Shown one piece after another: positions 52,565-64,000 of a stretch of DNA of 64,000 nucleotides; within the stretch, counting starts at the first letter, position 1, and each line of letters opens with the position of its first letter. A program made the position numbers and the translations under genes. Source of the DNA: Octopus sinensis (lineage: Eukaryota). The stretch covers positions 59,458,001 to 59,522,000 of the forward strand of contig NC_043003.1 in assembly GCF_006345805.1 (NCBI RefSeq), written 5' to 3'. Under the pieces are notes generated by a model. It was not told where the DNA came from. It saw only the letters and a list, made by a program, of their open reading frames with translations, and ran no database searches.

Positions 52565-52794
52565 GGATAAAAGGTGGTAGTATTAACAATAATTGTCGGA
52601 GCCCTGGAAACACGGAGTAAAAATCTTGAGAAGTACATAAAACTAATAGGGGCTGTATTAAGTGTGAAATACTTGCAGAAAACAACACTGGGACCTGTCG
52701 GATACTCCAGAAGGTTCTCGAAAAATAAGAGGTTTTATCTTAGTGCACTGGTAGTGAACAGCAGTCTCCAGCGTTAGAAGCTGTGCAAAGGCAA
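52565..52794 (+). mobile_element. 3' end of R4/Dong-like LINE (same family as 21683-22000)
   Basis: VVVLTIIVGALETRSKNLEKY..; tail ccagcgttagaagctgtgcaaaggc(AAT)n matches 21683-21760. Confidence 0.8.
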
Positions 52795-52807
52795 TGATAA
52801 TAATATC

Positions 52808-52849
<42 letters not shown>

Positions 52850-53399
52850 TATATTAATAATAATAATAATAATGATGATAATAATAATGATAATAATAAT
52901 GATAACTTATGATGATGATGATGATGAAGATGATATCATTTTCTTTATCAAACAGTACAGGTGTAGTACGAGTAGGGAGCATTACAGTAAAATACGATTC
53001 AATGTGGAGTTATATAAAAAGCGTTTAACTTGTAAAATAATAAAACGAAATTTTGCTTCCCAGAAGGGGACACTTCCGAACGCTTCGCGTGGACACCTCA
53101 CAAAACCATATTGAATTTGACCACTAGCACAAGAGCCTCCTTCTCAACTACATGCATCATGTCAACAGGCGCATGCTCATGGTAGGTCCGTTTACTTGGT
53201 TCTTGGTTCATGGTTATCACTCTCGTCCACCTCTCAACAAATTTGCTGCAGGGCATCATTTGCCTCTTGACATCCATTCTCCTTTTCAAGTGAAGTTTGA
53301 AAAACTTTGTGAGTGCTTGGTAAAAAAGGAATGCGTCTGTCTTCAGCCCTGTCAGTCTAGTCACGAACACAACCGCTTTCTCCAAATGAAAGCCACATG

Positions 53400-54000
53400 A
53401 AGACTACTTGTCCTTACCGGCAAGAGATGGCGGTGGGACGGTCTTCACTTTGGACGCAACAAAATCCCTTGAGGTAATTAGTGTTTCTACAATTGTAGCA
53501 TGGAGGCTTTCTACACTCTACTTCCATCTGCAGCGCCTACCCTTCAGGGATATCTGTTAGGCCTGGGATTTTGTGTAACGTCTCAGATTTCACCCAAAAC
53601 AGAATCTCCTACTCCAACTCTACCTATTTTCCTTAGGGAAAATTTAAATTTCTAGCTTTGTGTTCGTTCTTTCAAATTCACAACTTTTACCACCTACCAA
53701 AAGTTTAATTCTGTTGGTTTGCTTGAGATTTTTGCCCGGGTTATTCTCCGTCCCAGGTAAATCAGTATCTGTCTGAAATATTTAGTTATTCGTGAGACGA
53801 TGGAGTGCCTCGGAGCTAGGATTTTTGAGAGGAACATAACTCGTATGTGCAGAAACTTATTGGCATGTTCCACAAAATTAATGTCAAGCAATATGTTAGG
53901 CAAAGAGATTTAAAAACTATAGTCTCTGACTTGTGTCTTTATATTGATGTGCATCGATATGTATCCATACAGAATTGCTTTTCTTTCGTTTGGTCTTAAA
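53400..54000 (-). pseudogene. Decayed gag/ORF1-like sequence with zinc-knuckle remnant
   Basis: ECRKPPCYNCRNTNYLKGFC at ~53458-53515 has CX2CX4(H>Y)X4C spacing; upstream frames look coding but are broken. Confidence 0.45.
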
Positions 54001-54789
54001 TGCGTTGAACGTACATTTTCTGTGTTCTTATCTGTTGATGTGTTTCTCCGCCTTTTCTAAATATTTCTGCATTCTATGAGTGTGACAACACCAAAATGGT
54101 TGGAGATCTTGACAAAGGCACTAATTTTGTGCTGCAATTTCCCTACTGGCTCTGCTATTGTTAACAGCATCCCTGTCGATGGCATTTTTGCTTCCTACTT
54201 GGAAAGTTGTCATGGTGTGCTTATAAAGTTTGCTGCTATAATGGGATGCAGTGATAGCAATGCACGCTCCGGTGCTGCAAGTTATCCTAGGAGCCTTTTT
54301 GACATGTCATTATTTTTGCTGCTGCTGAAATGTCGGTGTTGCTCATACAGTTGTTGCTGTAGTTGTTTTGGAAATCTGTGTTGTTATATATATATTACTG
54401 TTGTTTTTGGTAGCGATATTGCTGTTACTATTTTGCATTACCACTACGTATATAGTAGTGTGTGGTGAGAGGCGATTGCGAACAACAATTTCACCCTCAG
54501 AACTTCGTCCCATCTTCCTTTCTTGCAAGTCGACGAGCACAGATGCAGTCATAATGTAAAATTTTCTTATGCATGGAAAATCTTTATATCTTTTGAAATT
54601 TAGACCCGCAGGGAATGTAAAAAGAAAAAAAAACGTTTTGTCCAGATTCTTATGTGAACCGTTATCTAAGAAACGCAGTGGCACAATAAAATCAACAAAA
54701 CTTAGAAAAGGAAAGAAAGGCAAGACACGAACTCACGGAGCTACCATAACAGATTTAGCTTCGTCGATAAGCAACTACAAACATCCCGT

Positions 54790-56807
54790 ATTGGTTAGCA
54801 AAAGGAAGAACGTGGTTGTGTCTGAAGAATGCATCAAGGGAAATGCTACTGACAATTACTGACCAATTTTTTGTCTCCCATTAATATGAAAGTTACTGTC
54901 AGGGGGAATTGCAGAAGAACTGTATGGATTTGTTGATGAGAATGATATATTACCAACAGAACAAGAAGGCTGTAGAAGGAGATGCAGAGGTACCAAAGAT
55001 CAATTTACTGATAGACAAAATGGTAATGCAAGATTGTAAAGGAAGGAAGTCAAATTTGGGAATGGCCTGGATTGACTATCGTAAACTTTATTTGATTCCA
55101 CATTCGTGGATCATCGAGTGCTTACATCTGTTTGAAATTGCGAGGAATGTAAATGTTTCCTGAAGAGAAGTATGATGGGTGGAAAACTGACGAAGCTTGG
55201 GCACCCTGGGTATCAGAAGAAGGATTTTCTAGGGTGATAGCTTATCTCCGTTGCTTTTTGTTCTCTGCATGTCACTCCTGAGTTTGGTACTTAGAAAAAT
55301 GATTCTGGGGTACCAACTAAACAAAAAATCCCAATCAACAACCTCCTCCACATGGATGATTTGAAATTCCGTGGCAAGGATGAGAAACAAATGAGTTCTT
55401 TGGTGAATGCGGTCCACTGTTTTAGTACTGATATTAGAATGGAATTTGAACTCAAGAAGTGAAGAATAATCTACATAATAAGAGGCAAAGTACAGTCCCT
55501 AGCAGAGATAGAATTACCGAATAGAGACTGATTAAACAAATTGAGACGGAAGGATACAAATATCTTAGTGTACTAGAGTTCAACGTGATAATGAAAAACT
55601 CAGGAAGGAATATTTCCGAAGACAAATGTTGGTGTTGCTCTCAAAATTGATTAGATAGAATAAAATCCAAGCAGTTAATACGTGGACGATAGCATCACTT
55701 CAGTTTGGAGCGGGAATCATAAAATGGTAAAAGAGAGAAGTGAAGAAAATGGATACCAAGACCAGAAAATGTTGATAGTACTCGGAGCAGCTTTCCACAC
55801 TAAGAGTGATACTGATTGGGTATACTTGTCCAAAAGAAAGGGTGGAAGAGGTTTGATAAGTTGCCAGGAATGTACGGAAGCAGACGAAACAGAAACAGCT
55901 GAGGGTGATATATAAAAATGCCGTGGAGTCACTGTTGATGTCAAGAAGAAGGCCAGTGTCATCAAAACAGAAAATTGTTAACTAAAAAAAAATTAATGTA
56001 TAAATGTGCAAAAAAAAAGAGAGAAAGAAATAGCATGCAAGCAAAAGAAAATGTTTGCAAGAGATGCAGACGCCAAGACAGATACAGAGGACCGGTGGCT
56101 ATGGATGAGGAGGATCGACCTGAGAATAGAGACTGAAGCACTCATATGCGCAGCTCAGGAACAAGCGTTAGAGCCAACTATATGAAGTACAGAATAGACA
56201 ACACTACTGAGTGCGACAAATGCAGAATGTGCGGTGAGAAGGCTGAAACGGTATGGCGCATCGTTAGCGCATGCCCAATATTGACACAACGCGAATACAA
56301 AAGACGTCCTGATAGGGTGGCAAGAATGATTCATTGAGAGCTCTGTGGAAATCATGGCCTACAAAGAGCAAAGACGTGGTATGAGCAAACTTCAGGAGTG
56401 ACCGAAAATGAGATTTGTCGCAAAATCTTGGGAGGATGTAATTATCCAGTGCGATCACCCTACTAGACATCGGAAACCGGACATTGTTGTAGTGAATAGA
56501 AAACGAAAGAACATGTATGATAATCGACATAGTATGCTCCGGTGACAACAGGATCAATGTGATAGAAGAAAAAATAACAACTATGAAGATTTAAACTGGG
56601 AAATATAAAGATTGTGGTCAATGAAGAGCGTAGACGTGATACCAATTTTGGTGCATTTGGAAGTATCAGCACTCAGCTACCACCATGGCTTGAAATTGCA
56701 AGAATTCTTCGCAAGGTTCTTGAAGCATGACCGGTAAACTAGTGTCACCTAAGTCTGCTGGATGTAGACAGCTGACACTTTCCATCATAGCCAGCAAAAT
56801 AAGCTGT
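54790..56807 (+). mobile_element. R4/Dong-like LINE family 3, decayed
   Basis: Remnants MAWIDYRK, GDSLSPLLF, LHMDDLKF, CRMCGEKAETVWRIVSAC, RPDRVARMIH, HRKPDIVV; 3' UTR shared with 26712-26800; followed by (TA)(CTA)(TAA) repeats. Confidence 0.85.
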
Positions 56808-56842
56808 ATATTTATATATATATATATATACTACTACTACTG

Positions 56843-56962
<120 letters not shown>

Positions 56963-57420
56963 GCAATAATAAAAATATGAAGGAAGAAAGTAAAGGAGAT
57001 GGAAGAATGCGAAGAAGAAGAGTGTGAAGAAGAAGGAGAAGATTATAGTAATTAATATATTAAGTAAACCACTGGTAAACTTAAAAGACGTGGAAGACGC
57101 GCAGTAAGTGAATGCCTGTGTGACTTTGATGACACGTTGTGTATGCAGTCAGTTACTTGTGAATATATGTATAACTGGAACGACAAACCCGTATTTACTT
57201 TAGTAAGTACGTCAGCATACGTCAGCATATGTCAGCATAACATTGCCGGTTCATAGGAGCACTATCCCCAACTATACCTTGTGCTTTTACTATATAGATA
57301 CCTGATGCTTTCTAATCCTGAAAATTTGATAAAATCACTAAAATTAATGAATTTTATCAGTGGCCAGCATATACAAAAAACCCAAAATAAAACAAAACAT
57401 TTTAGGTAAAATTCATATAT

Positions 57421-57570
57421 AGAGATTTATAATTGTACAGAATACAATTATAATGAAGAGCACAGAAGCTACCATGCCTATATCCTAGAAAGTGAAATTA
57501 TTTGGCGTCTCTTTCTAGCTTATAGGCATGGTAGCTACTATGCTCCTAAATATAACTGTATTTTATACAA

Positions 57571-57578
<8 letters not shown>
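57421..57578. repeat. Imperfect inverted repeat/hairpin (~70 bp arms, 18 nt loop)
   Basis: agctaccatgcctatatcctagaaag / ctttctagcttataggcatggtagct core with weaker outer pairing. Confidence 0.85.
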
Positions 57579-57650
<72 letters not shown>

Positions 57651-57656
<6 letters not shown>

Positions 57657-57955
57657 ATCACGTGACCGACCAGTCTATCAGATGTAGTTACACATTGCTG
57701 GTCACAATGCGTTCGCATCGTTTTTTAGCCTTCGAATGACGCCACCCCGCTGGCTAAGCGAGCAGGCCAACAGAAGAAAGAGTGGGAGAAAGAGTGATGA
57801 AAGAGAACAGCAGGGATCACCACCCCCTGCTGGAGCCTCGTGGAGCTTTTAGGTGTTTTCGCTCAATAAACACTCACAACGCTCGGTCGGGGAATCGAAA
57901 CCGCGATCCTACGACCGCGAGTCCGCTGCCCTAACCACTGGGCCATTGCGCCTCC
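57651..57955 (-). mobile_element. tRNA-derived SINE family D, well preserved
   Basis: Minus strand gaggcgcaatggcccagtggttagggcagcggactcgcggtcgtaggatcgcggtttcgattccccgacc; ends gtcacgtgatcacgtg(AT)n. Confidence 0.85.
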
Positions 57956-58059
57956 ACACACACACACACACACACACACACTATATATATATGCATACAT
58001 ACATACATACATACATACATACATACACACATACATACATACCAATCCAACGATGTTAA

Positions 58060-58340
58060 ATCATCTGTTGAGCTTGGTCTATGATTGACGGAACTGAAAG
58101 AATCCTTCGTGTATATAAATGTGTACATCTCTGTGACGTGTCTTTGTGTTTGTGCTTGCCCTCTCCTCATGAATGATTGATAAAAGGTGTGAGTGTGTAT
58201 AGGTCCCTGTAAATTAGCGGTTCGGCAAAAACACAGATAGATAAGGTTTGATATATGGTACTGGGCACGATTGGTTCGACTAAACCCTGCCAGACGATGC
58301 CCCAGCCTGGCCGCAGCCTAACGGCGGAAACGACTGGGTT
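58060..58340 (+). mobile_element. SINE family B relative, diverged
   Basis: acggaactgaaagaatcc..tagcggttcggcaaaa..gattggttcgactaaa..ccagcctggccgcag. Confidence 0.6.
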
Positions 58341-58399
58341 CCAGAGAATATATACACGTACGTGAGCGTGTACACACACACACACATGTATGTATGTAT

Positions 58400-58577
58400 G
58401 CCTGGAGTGGCTGTGTGGTTAGTAGCTTCCTTGCCAACCACATGGTTCCGTGTTCAGTCCCACTGTGTGGCAAGTGTCTTCTACTATAGCCGCGGGCAGA
58501 CCAAAGCCTTGTGAGTAGATTTGGTGAATGAAGCCCGTCGTATATATGTATATATATATATATTTGTGTGTGTGTGT

Positions 58578-58626
<49 letters not shown>

Positions 58627-58825
58627 TTTTGTGTGCCTGTGCTTGTCTCCCCCAACGATTCTGGTGTGTTTACGTCCCCGTAACTTAGCGGTTCGGCAAA
58701 AGAGACCGATAGAATAAGTACTAAGCTAACAAAAAATAAGTCCTGGAGTCTATTCGCTCGACTAAAGGCGGTGCTCCAGCATAGCCACAGTCAAATGACT
58801 GAAACAAGTAAAGGAGTAAAATAGT
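58400..58825 (+). mobile_element. SINE family B, near full length
   Basis: ggagtggctgtgtggttagtagc..gttcagtcccactg..internal (TG)n..ggcggtgctccagcatagccacagtcaaatgactgaaacaag. Confidence 0.85.
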
Positions 58826-60079
58826 AATAGTATGTACAATTCTTTCGCCGAGCTCAAGAAACATTCATGAGTCTTACATTTCATAAACATTAACTCATTT
58901 CAACGATTCTTTCTAGTAATGCTTTTATCCGTATACGAGAAAGCATCTGAGACTGAGACGCATGTATGTAAGCAGGTATGTATGTACATGCATACAAAAT
59001 GAGAAGGGAGATTGTTAAATAGATAGATAGTTAGAGAGATAGAGGTTTTTTATACAGAGATAGGTCGGTAGAGAGGTTCTTTGAGAGATAACTGTGAATG
59101 TATTTACGTATATGTGTATGCATGTGTATGTATCAATGAAATAATCGTTTCTGAATTTCCATTAATTTATTTAAGTATATTTTGAATGTGTCTGATTATG
59201 TAACGGTAAATGGTAATTTCTTTATCTGTAGTACAGATTCTGTACGGGAAGGGCGAGTTGGTTCCTGTGCTGTATATGAGATCTGTAGTTATGCATGTAT
59301 GTATGTATGTATGTATGTATGTATGTATGTATGTATGTATGTATGTATGTATGTATGTATGTATGTATGTATATCAATAAGTGCTTTTGTCCAGACAACA
59401 TGGAAATACATGTTACAATATATACATATTCTGAGATACACACACTACACGCAAATGTGTATATATAAACGTATGATGTTAGTAATTGTACGCATATATA
59501 TATATATTTATGTGTGTGTGTGTGTGTGTGTGTGTACATATTATACATATATAATTACATATACATTAATATATATATGCATATATATGTCACAACGACT
59601 ATATGCATTAAATATACAACTATATGAATCCGCAGACACAATTATTAAGATTGAAAATATAACTATGCCTACAAAGTTATTACTTTAAGTACGGCGGTTC
59701 TTTCGAAGTAGTATTGAAACGCAATAAATATGACTTGTAATTGCTGTTAGGTTTTAATAATCCACATGGAAGGTATTAAATTGTCATTTATTAAGTGACC
59801 AGTTTCTCTGCATGTCGTATATTTCTTTAAGGCAATGTTACGTAGTAAACAAATGAAGAAAATCCTAAGAAATTTTTGATATAAATCACATTTTGAATAA
59901 TTTATATTACGAAATAAAATATATTACTAGATTATATTTTGGTACAGGGGCAAATGTTATAATTATGTTGGATATATTCGATTAAATTGGACATGGTACA
60001 CAGCTGCAATTCTCTTTACCTGTACCCGAAGGTTTGCAATGGTACATGTATATATATATATATACATATTCATATAGAT

Positions 60080-60126
<47 letters not shown>

Positions 60127-60780
60127 ATATACATTGATGTCCACCTGTGTCTAATTTTACATATATATTAATGTCCTTCTGTGTATAATTCTGAGATCCT
60201 TACAAGGTAGATTACGTTGAGGTTTCTACCTCACAATTTGAAGAAAACAAATCAATAAATCAAGGATGAGCTAAACCACGTTACACAAATATTATTTTAG
60301 CAGATTTTGGATTATCCGAGCGATATCTTGAAGTCCTATAATTATGGTCAGTACGGGTTCCTTTATATACAATCAGTTCCGGAGATAATCCCCATGCAAG
60401 TCACATTTGATACAGTGGTGCTTTATAAGGGCAACTATGAAGACGAAAAAAACAAACACAGCTGTAATATTTGTCGATTTGCCCAAACAACATACTCGAA
60501 ATAGAAGACAATACTCACATCATGGTCACTTGAATTATTTCTGGTAAAATAAGAGATGTTCACACTTCGCCTACCTTCAATAATATATGTGTGCACGTAT
60601 GCTTGTGTTTGTATGTCAATGTTTGTGCGTACGTGTGTATATGTGTGTGTGTGTGAGTGGGTACGCGCACGCATATATATATATATTTCTGTTTAACCAT
60701 ATTAAATATTTTCACCATTATTGTTACACACGTGTTGAAGCGAGGAAGTAACGAAGCAGAAATTCGTAAAAATTTAGTTA

Positions 60781-60842
60781 TCTCCGTATCGCTCCAGTTT
60801 CGGGATTAATCCAAAAAGAAATGTTTTCTTCATCAGCAAAGA
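60781..60842 (-). ncRNA. Hammerhead-like motif (intact CTGATGA, weakened stems II/III)
   Basis: tctttg-CTGATGA-ag..ggattaatccc-GAAA-ctggagcg-ATA-cggaga. Confidence 0.55.
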
Positions 60843-60968
60843 ACAATGAAAATAAATAAAATACCTATATATACCCACGGAAAAGCAGAGGCGATGTCAT
60901 GAATGCATATAAGTACGACAAATATATCCAAATAGAAATTCCGTAGCAAGCCTCCTATATTTTCATTC

Positions 60969-61032
60969 TGTCTTCGGTGATGAAGGAAAAATCCTTTTGG
61001 ATTAATCCCGAAATCGGATTGATACGGAGATA
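60969..61032 (+). ncRNA. Hammerhead-like motif (C3>G in core, well-formed stems)
   Basis: tgtcttcg-GTGATGA-a-gga-aa-aatcc(tttt)ggatt-aa-tccc-GAAA-tc(ggatt)g-ATA-cggagata. Confidence 0.6.
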
Positions 61033-61178
61033 ACTAAATTCTGACGAATTTCTGTTAGCTTGCTTCCTCGTTTCGACACATGTGTAATAATAATAGTGGA
61101 AATATTTAATGTGGTTAGATGATTTAATGTCTACGTTCTGCATATATGCAAAGAAATAATTTTTAAATCACACACACA

Positions 61179-61222
<44 letters not shown>

Positions 61223-61226
61223 ACAC

Positions 61227-61259
<33 letters not shown>

Positions 61260-62410
61260 TGTATGTATGTATGTATGTATGTATGCATGTATACATATGT
61301 TTATCGCTGTTCACTGCACCTACGAGAATTAGCGTTCAAATATTTATCAATATATATATTATGAAGTGTAGGTTTGGACCTGTAGTCCTAGATATCAAAT
61401 GTGGTGTACCGAGAGGTGGGATGTGCTCAGTCGAATGTTTTCGTCTATAGTTATTCTTTCTTAGGGACGACAACACTCATTGAAATTATTTGATATAGAA
61501 ACAAAACCTGCCGCAATACACTCTACGGTCTTAACCATGGGGTACATTGAATAATGCAATGTTGAATATGATGGAATGATGGTCATAACTGGACGGACAG
61601 TGAGTATTGATACACTCAGTCAACAAAAATAAGGAAAACTATGATAAAATAACTAAAAAAAATTACTTTTGTTTAATTTCACTTTTTGTTAAAAAATATT
61701 GCAGATCGTCCCAGACAAGTGCGAGTTATATACATTATGTTCGACTGAGATATCTGCAAAACTTTTTCTGTAGGTGGTAAAAAAATCCGTAACCCATTCT
61801 GCTCTGTATTCAGAATCTCAGAAGAGCTATTGAAATGAATATACAGAAAGGAAATACAGAAGATGGAGAGACTGGACGAATGAATGTGGATGTATGGACC
61901 TTTGAGGTTAGTTTATTCATATCGCTTCTTATCCACATTGATCCGGCTACTTTATATATTTATTTAAATAATGCAGATTTCGTGCAATAGTGGTTACTTC
62001 TTTCAAAACAGAGAAATAAGTTATAATCCTGTTACAATATTGAAATGTTTGTATTTGTATATGAATTTGTAAACCAATCATACAAATGTCTGACGTAGAA
62101 AAATTTTTTAGAAAAATATTTATTTACTTAAAAATATGTAATTTATTTTATCCATACGCAAGGGGGGGGGAGTAAAATTGAAAACATGTAGAGAAAAAAT
62201 ATCAGGTAAAAAGAAAGGCGCGAAAATCGTGACTAACATAAACATAGCTCTCAGATATATGTGTTCCTTCTGTATATTATAGAATACTCTTCCGCACGCA
62301 CACACACACACACACACATGTATGTATGCATACCTACATACATATATCTGTATATAAATTATATCTATAATATATTATATATTGTATGTGTATGTATGTA
62401 TATATAATAT

Positions 62411-62441
<31 letters not shown>

Positions 62442-62551
62442 GTATGTATATGTTTATATATATGTATATATAAATATATGTATATATCTATATATATATA
62501 TATATATATATACATATATTTATATATACATATATATAAACATATACATAC

Positions 62552-62601
<50 letters not shown>

Positions 62602-62636
62602 TATATATTATATATATATATATATATACATATATT

Positions 62637-62700
<64 letters not shown>

Positions 62701-62767
62701 CATATACATATATATCTACATATCTATACGTAGATATAGATTATATCTATAATATATTATATATGTA

Positions 62768-62827
<60 letters not shown>

Positions 62828-63797
62828 ATATATGCATACATGAGTTAGATAATTAGATTGGTAGATAGATAGATAGATAGATTGATAGAGAATTTGATAT
62901 GTATAGATATCACGCCCTCATATGTGCACGTGCGTATGTGCGCGTGCCTCTGTATATGTATGAACGTATAGGTATATAAAATGAAGAATTACAACTCAAA
63001 CTTATATGCATATATAAATGACATTCTTTATTTTCATTCTTTTCAATGTCGACTATTCAACGTTATAGACTTTTAACTATAACTTCATACATATATTTAG
63101 GTCAAATATTCTCCACTCGTGTCTTTTTTTGCATGAGTTAGTAATTTTCATTTCCATATTTCCATTCTTCTTTCGTAAACCTTACATGTGCTATATAATT
63201 TTGTTTTCAGAAGAAACAAAATGAATAACAAAATGGATTAATCATTACACAATTCTCATCTGCATTACTTTTTATGACAAATTTTCATGAAATTTCATAA
63301 TTAATTTTATTTAAAAAAATTCACAATGAAACGTGTTATTTGTATAGAGACTAGCTTAATTAAAATATAAATGAAAGGTAATCGAAAGTTCGGCTAATAG
63401 GATTTACCAGAATATCTTCATTAATTAATGTTATAATGGCTTCTCGTATAATAACAGTTGTAATTACTCCTGGAAGATGTACCTAAATTTAAATATGTTA
63501 GTATGAATATCAAACATTTGCATATATGGCTGTCGATCTGTTATACCAATGAAACAACCTCGAGGCCTAATCGGTTTTTCTTGCCTTAAAATCTTGGAGC
63601 CAGCAAATTGGAGATAATTTCACCAAATCAAGAAGTTATCATATATGTTCTTTTATATAATTTTCTTCATCATTATTTTTCAAATACATGCCACTAGCTA
63701 CTCAGTGTGTCTTTTATGCAAATTACCTTGGTCATAAATCTTTCCCTTCTGTTTTAGTATACCTAAGTGTCTTGTCTACTGAAGATAGGGAGGGCAA

Positions 63798-63846
63798 CTG
63801 CTCTACTGAAGATGCTTATTGAGGCAGAAACACGTGTTCTTAGCAG
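63798..63846 (+). ncRNA. Type I hammerhead ribozyme, intact core
   Basis: ctgct-cta-CTGAAGA-tgctt(attg)aggca-GAAA; palindromic stem III ACACGTGT; triplet GTT; agcag pairs with ctgct. Confidence 0.7.
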
Positions 63847-64000
63847 TCCATTGCATAGAATGAATGAGGCTGTTTTTCTTAACAGGATGTCAGTTTTGGA
63901 AAATACTTGATTCTTGAGATTATTTTCCCTTCGCATTCGAAGTTTGTAACAAGCGAATGACCCACACTCTCTCGAAACGAAGATAATTTCAATAAATGAA

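Larger units (their letters stand above)
60718..61092. repeat. Inverted repeat, ~130 bp arms each carrying a hammerhead-like motif
   Basis: 60718-60850 is the reverse complement of 60958-61092 (tgatgaag..ggattaatcccgaaa..gatacggagataactaaatt..cttcctcg..acac.tgtgtaa). Confidence 0.85.

Noticed and set aside
57209-57240. gtcagcata x3 tandem repeat
   Set aside because: Ordinary short slippage duplication
57885-57955. tRNA-like sequence (also at 1808, 2878, 33741)
   Set aside because: No complete acceptor stem, and each continues into a SINE body; these are SINE heads, not tRNA genes
60303-60504. Open frame DYPSDILKSYNYGQYG... and a DFGLS kinase-like word in another frame
   Set aside because: DFGLS frame stops after 12 codons with no other kinase motifs; main frame unrecognised

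Overview
AT-rich, microsatellite-saturated eukaryotic DNA. The repeat families suggest an octopus or other coleoid cephalopod; this is my inference, not a database result. I found no convincing host protein-coding gene, and nearly all listed ORFs are microsatellite artefacts or LINE antisense frames. The window holds four main things. (1) Several families of R4/Dong-like RLE non-LTR retrotransposons chained through (TAA)n microsatellites (21.7-29.4 kb, 48.5-56.8 kb). (2) A decayed Penelope-like element of probable Naiad type (RT + C-terminal GIY-YIG) at 41.6-43.6 kb. (3) Many tRNA-derived SINE copies of about four families. (4) The most striking signal: nine hammerhead-ribozyme-like motifs of at least five unrelated flanking-sequence families. 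Several have intact catalytic cores and palindromic stem III. They sit in short non-coding units that often end at (TA)n and often form inverted pairs, which suggests a population of non-autonomous Penelope-derived or retrozyme-like elements. All structures were folded by eye, and element boundaries are approximate.
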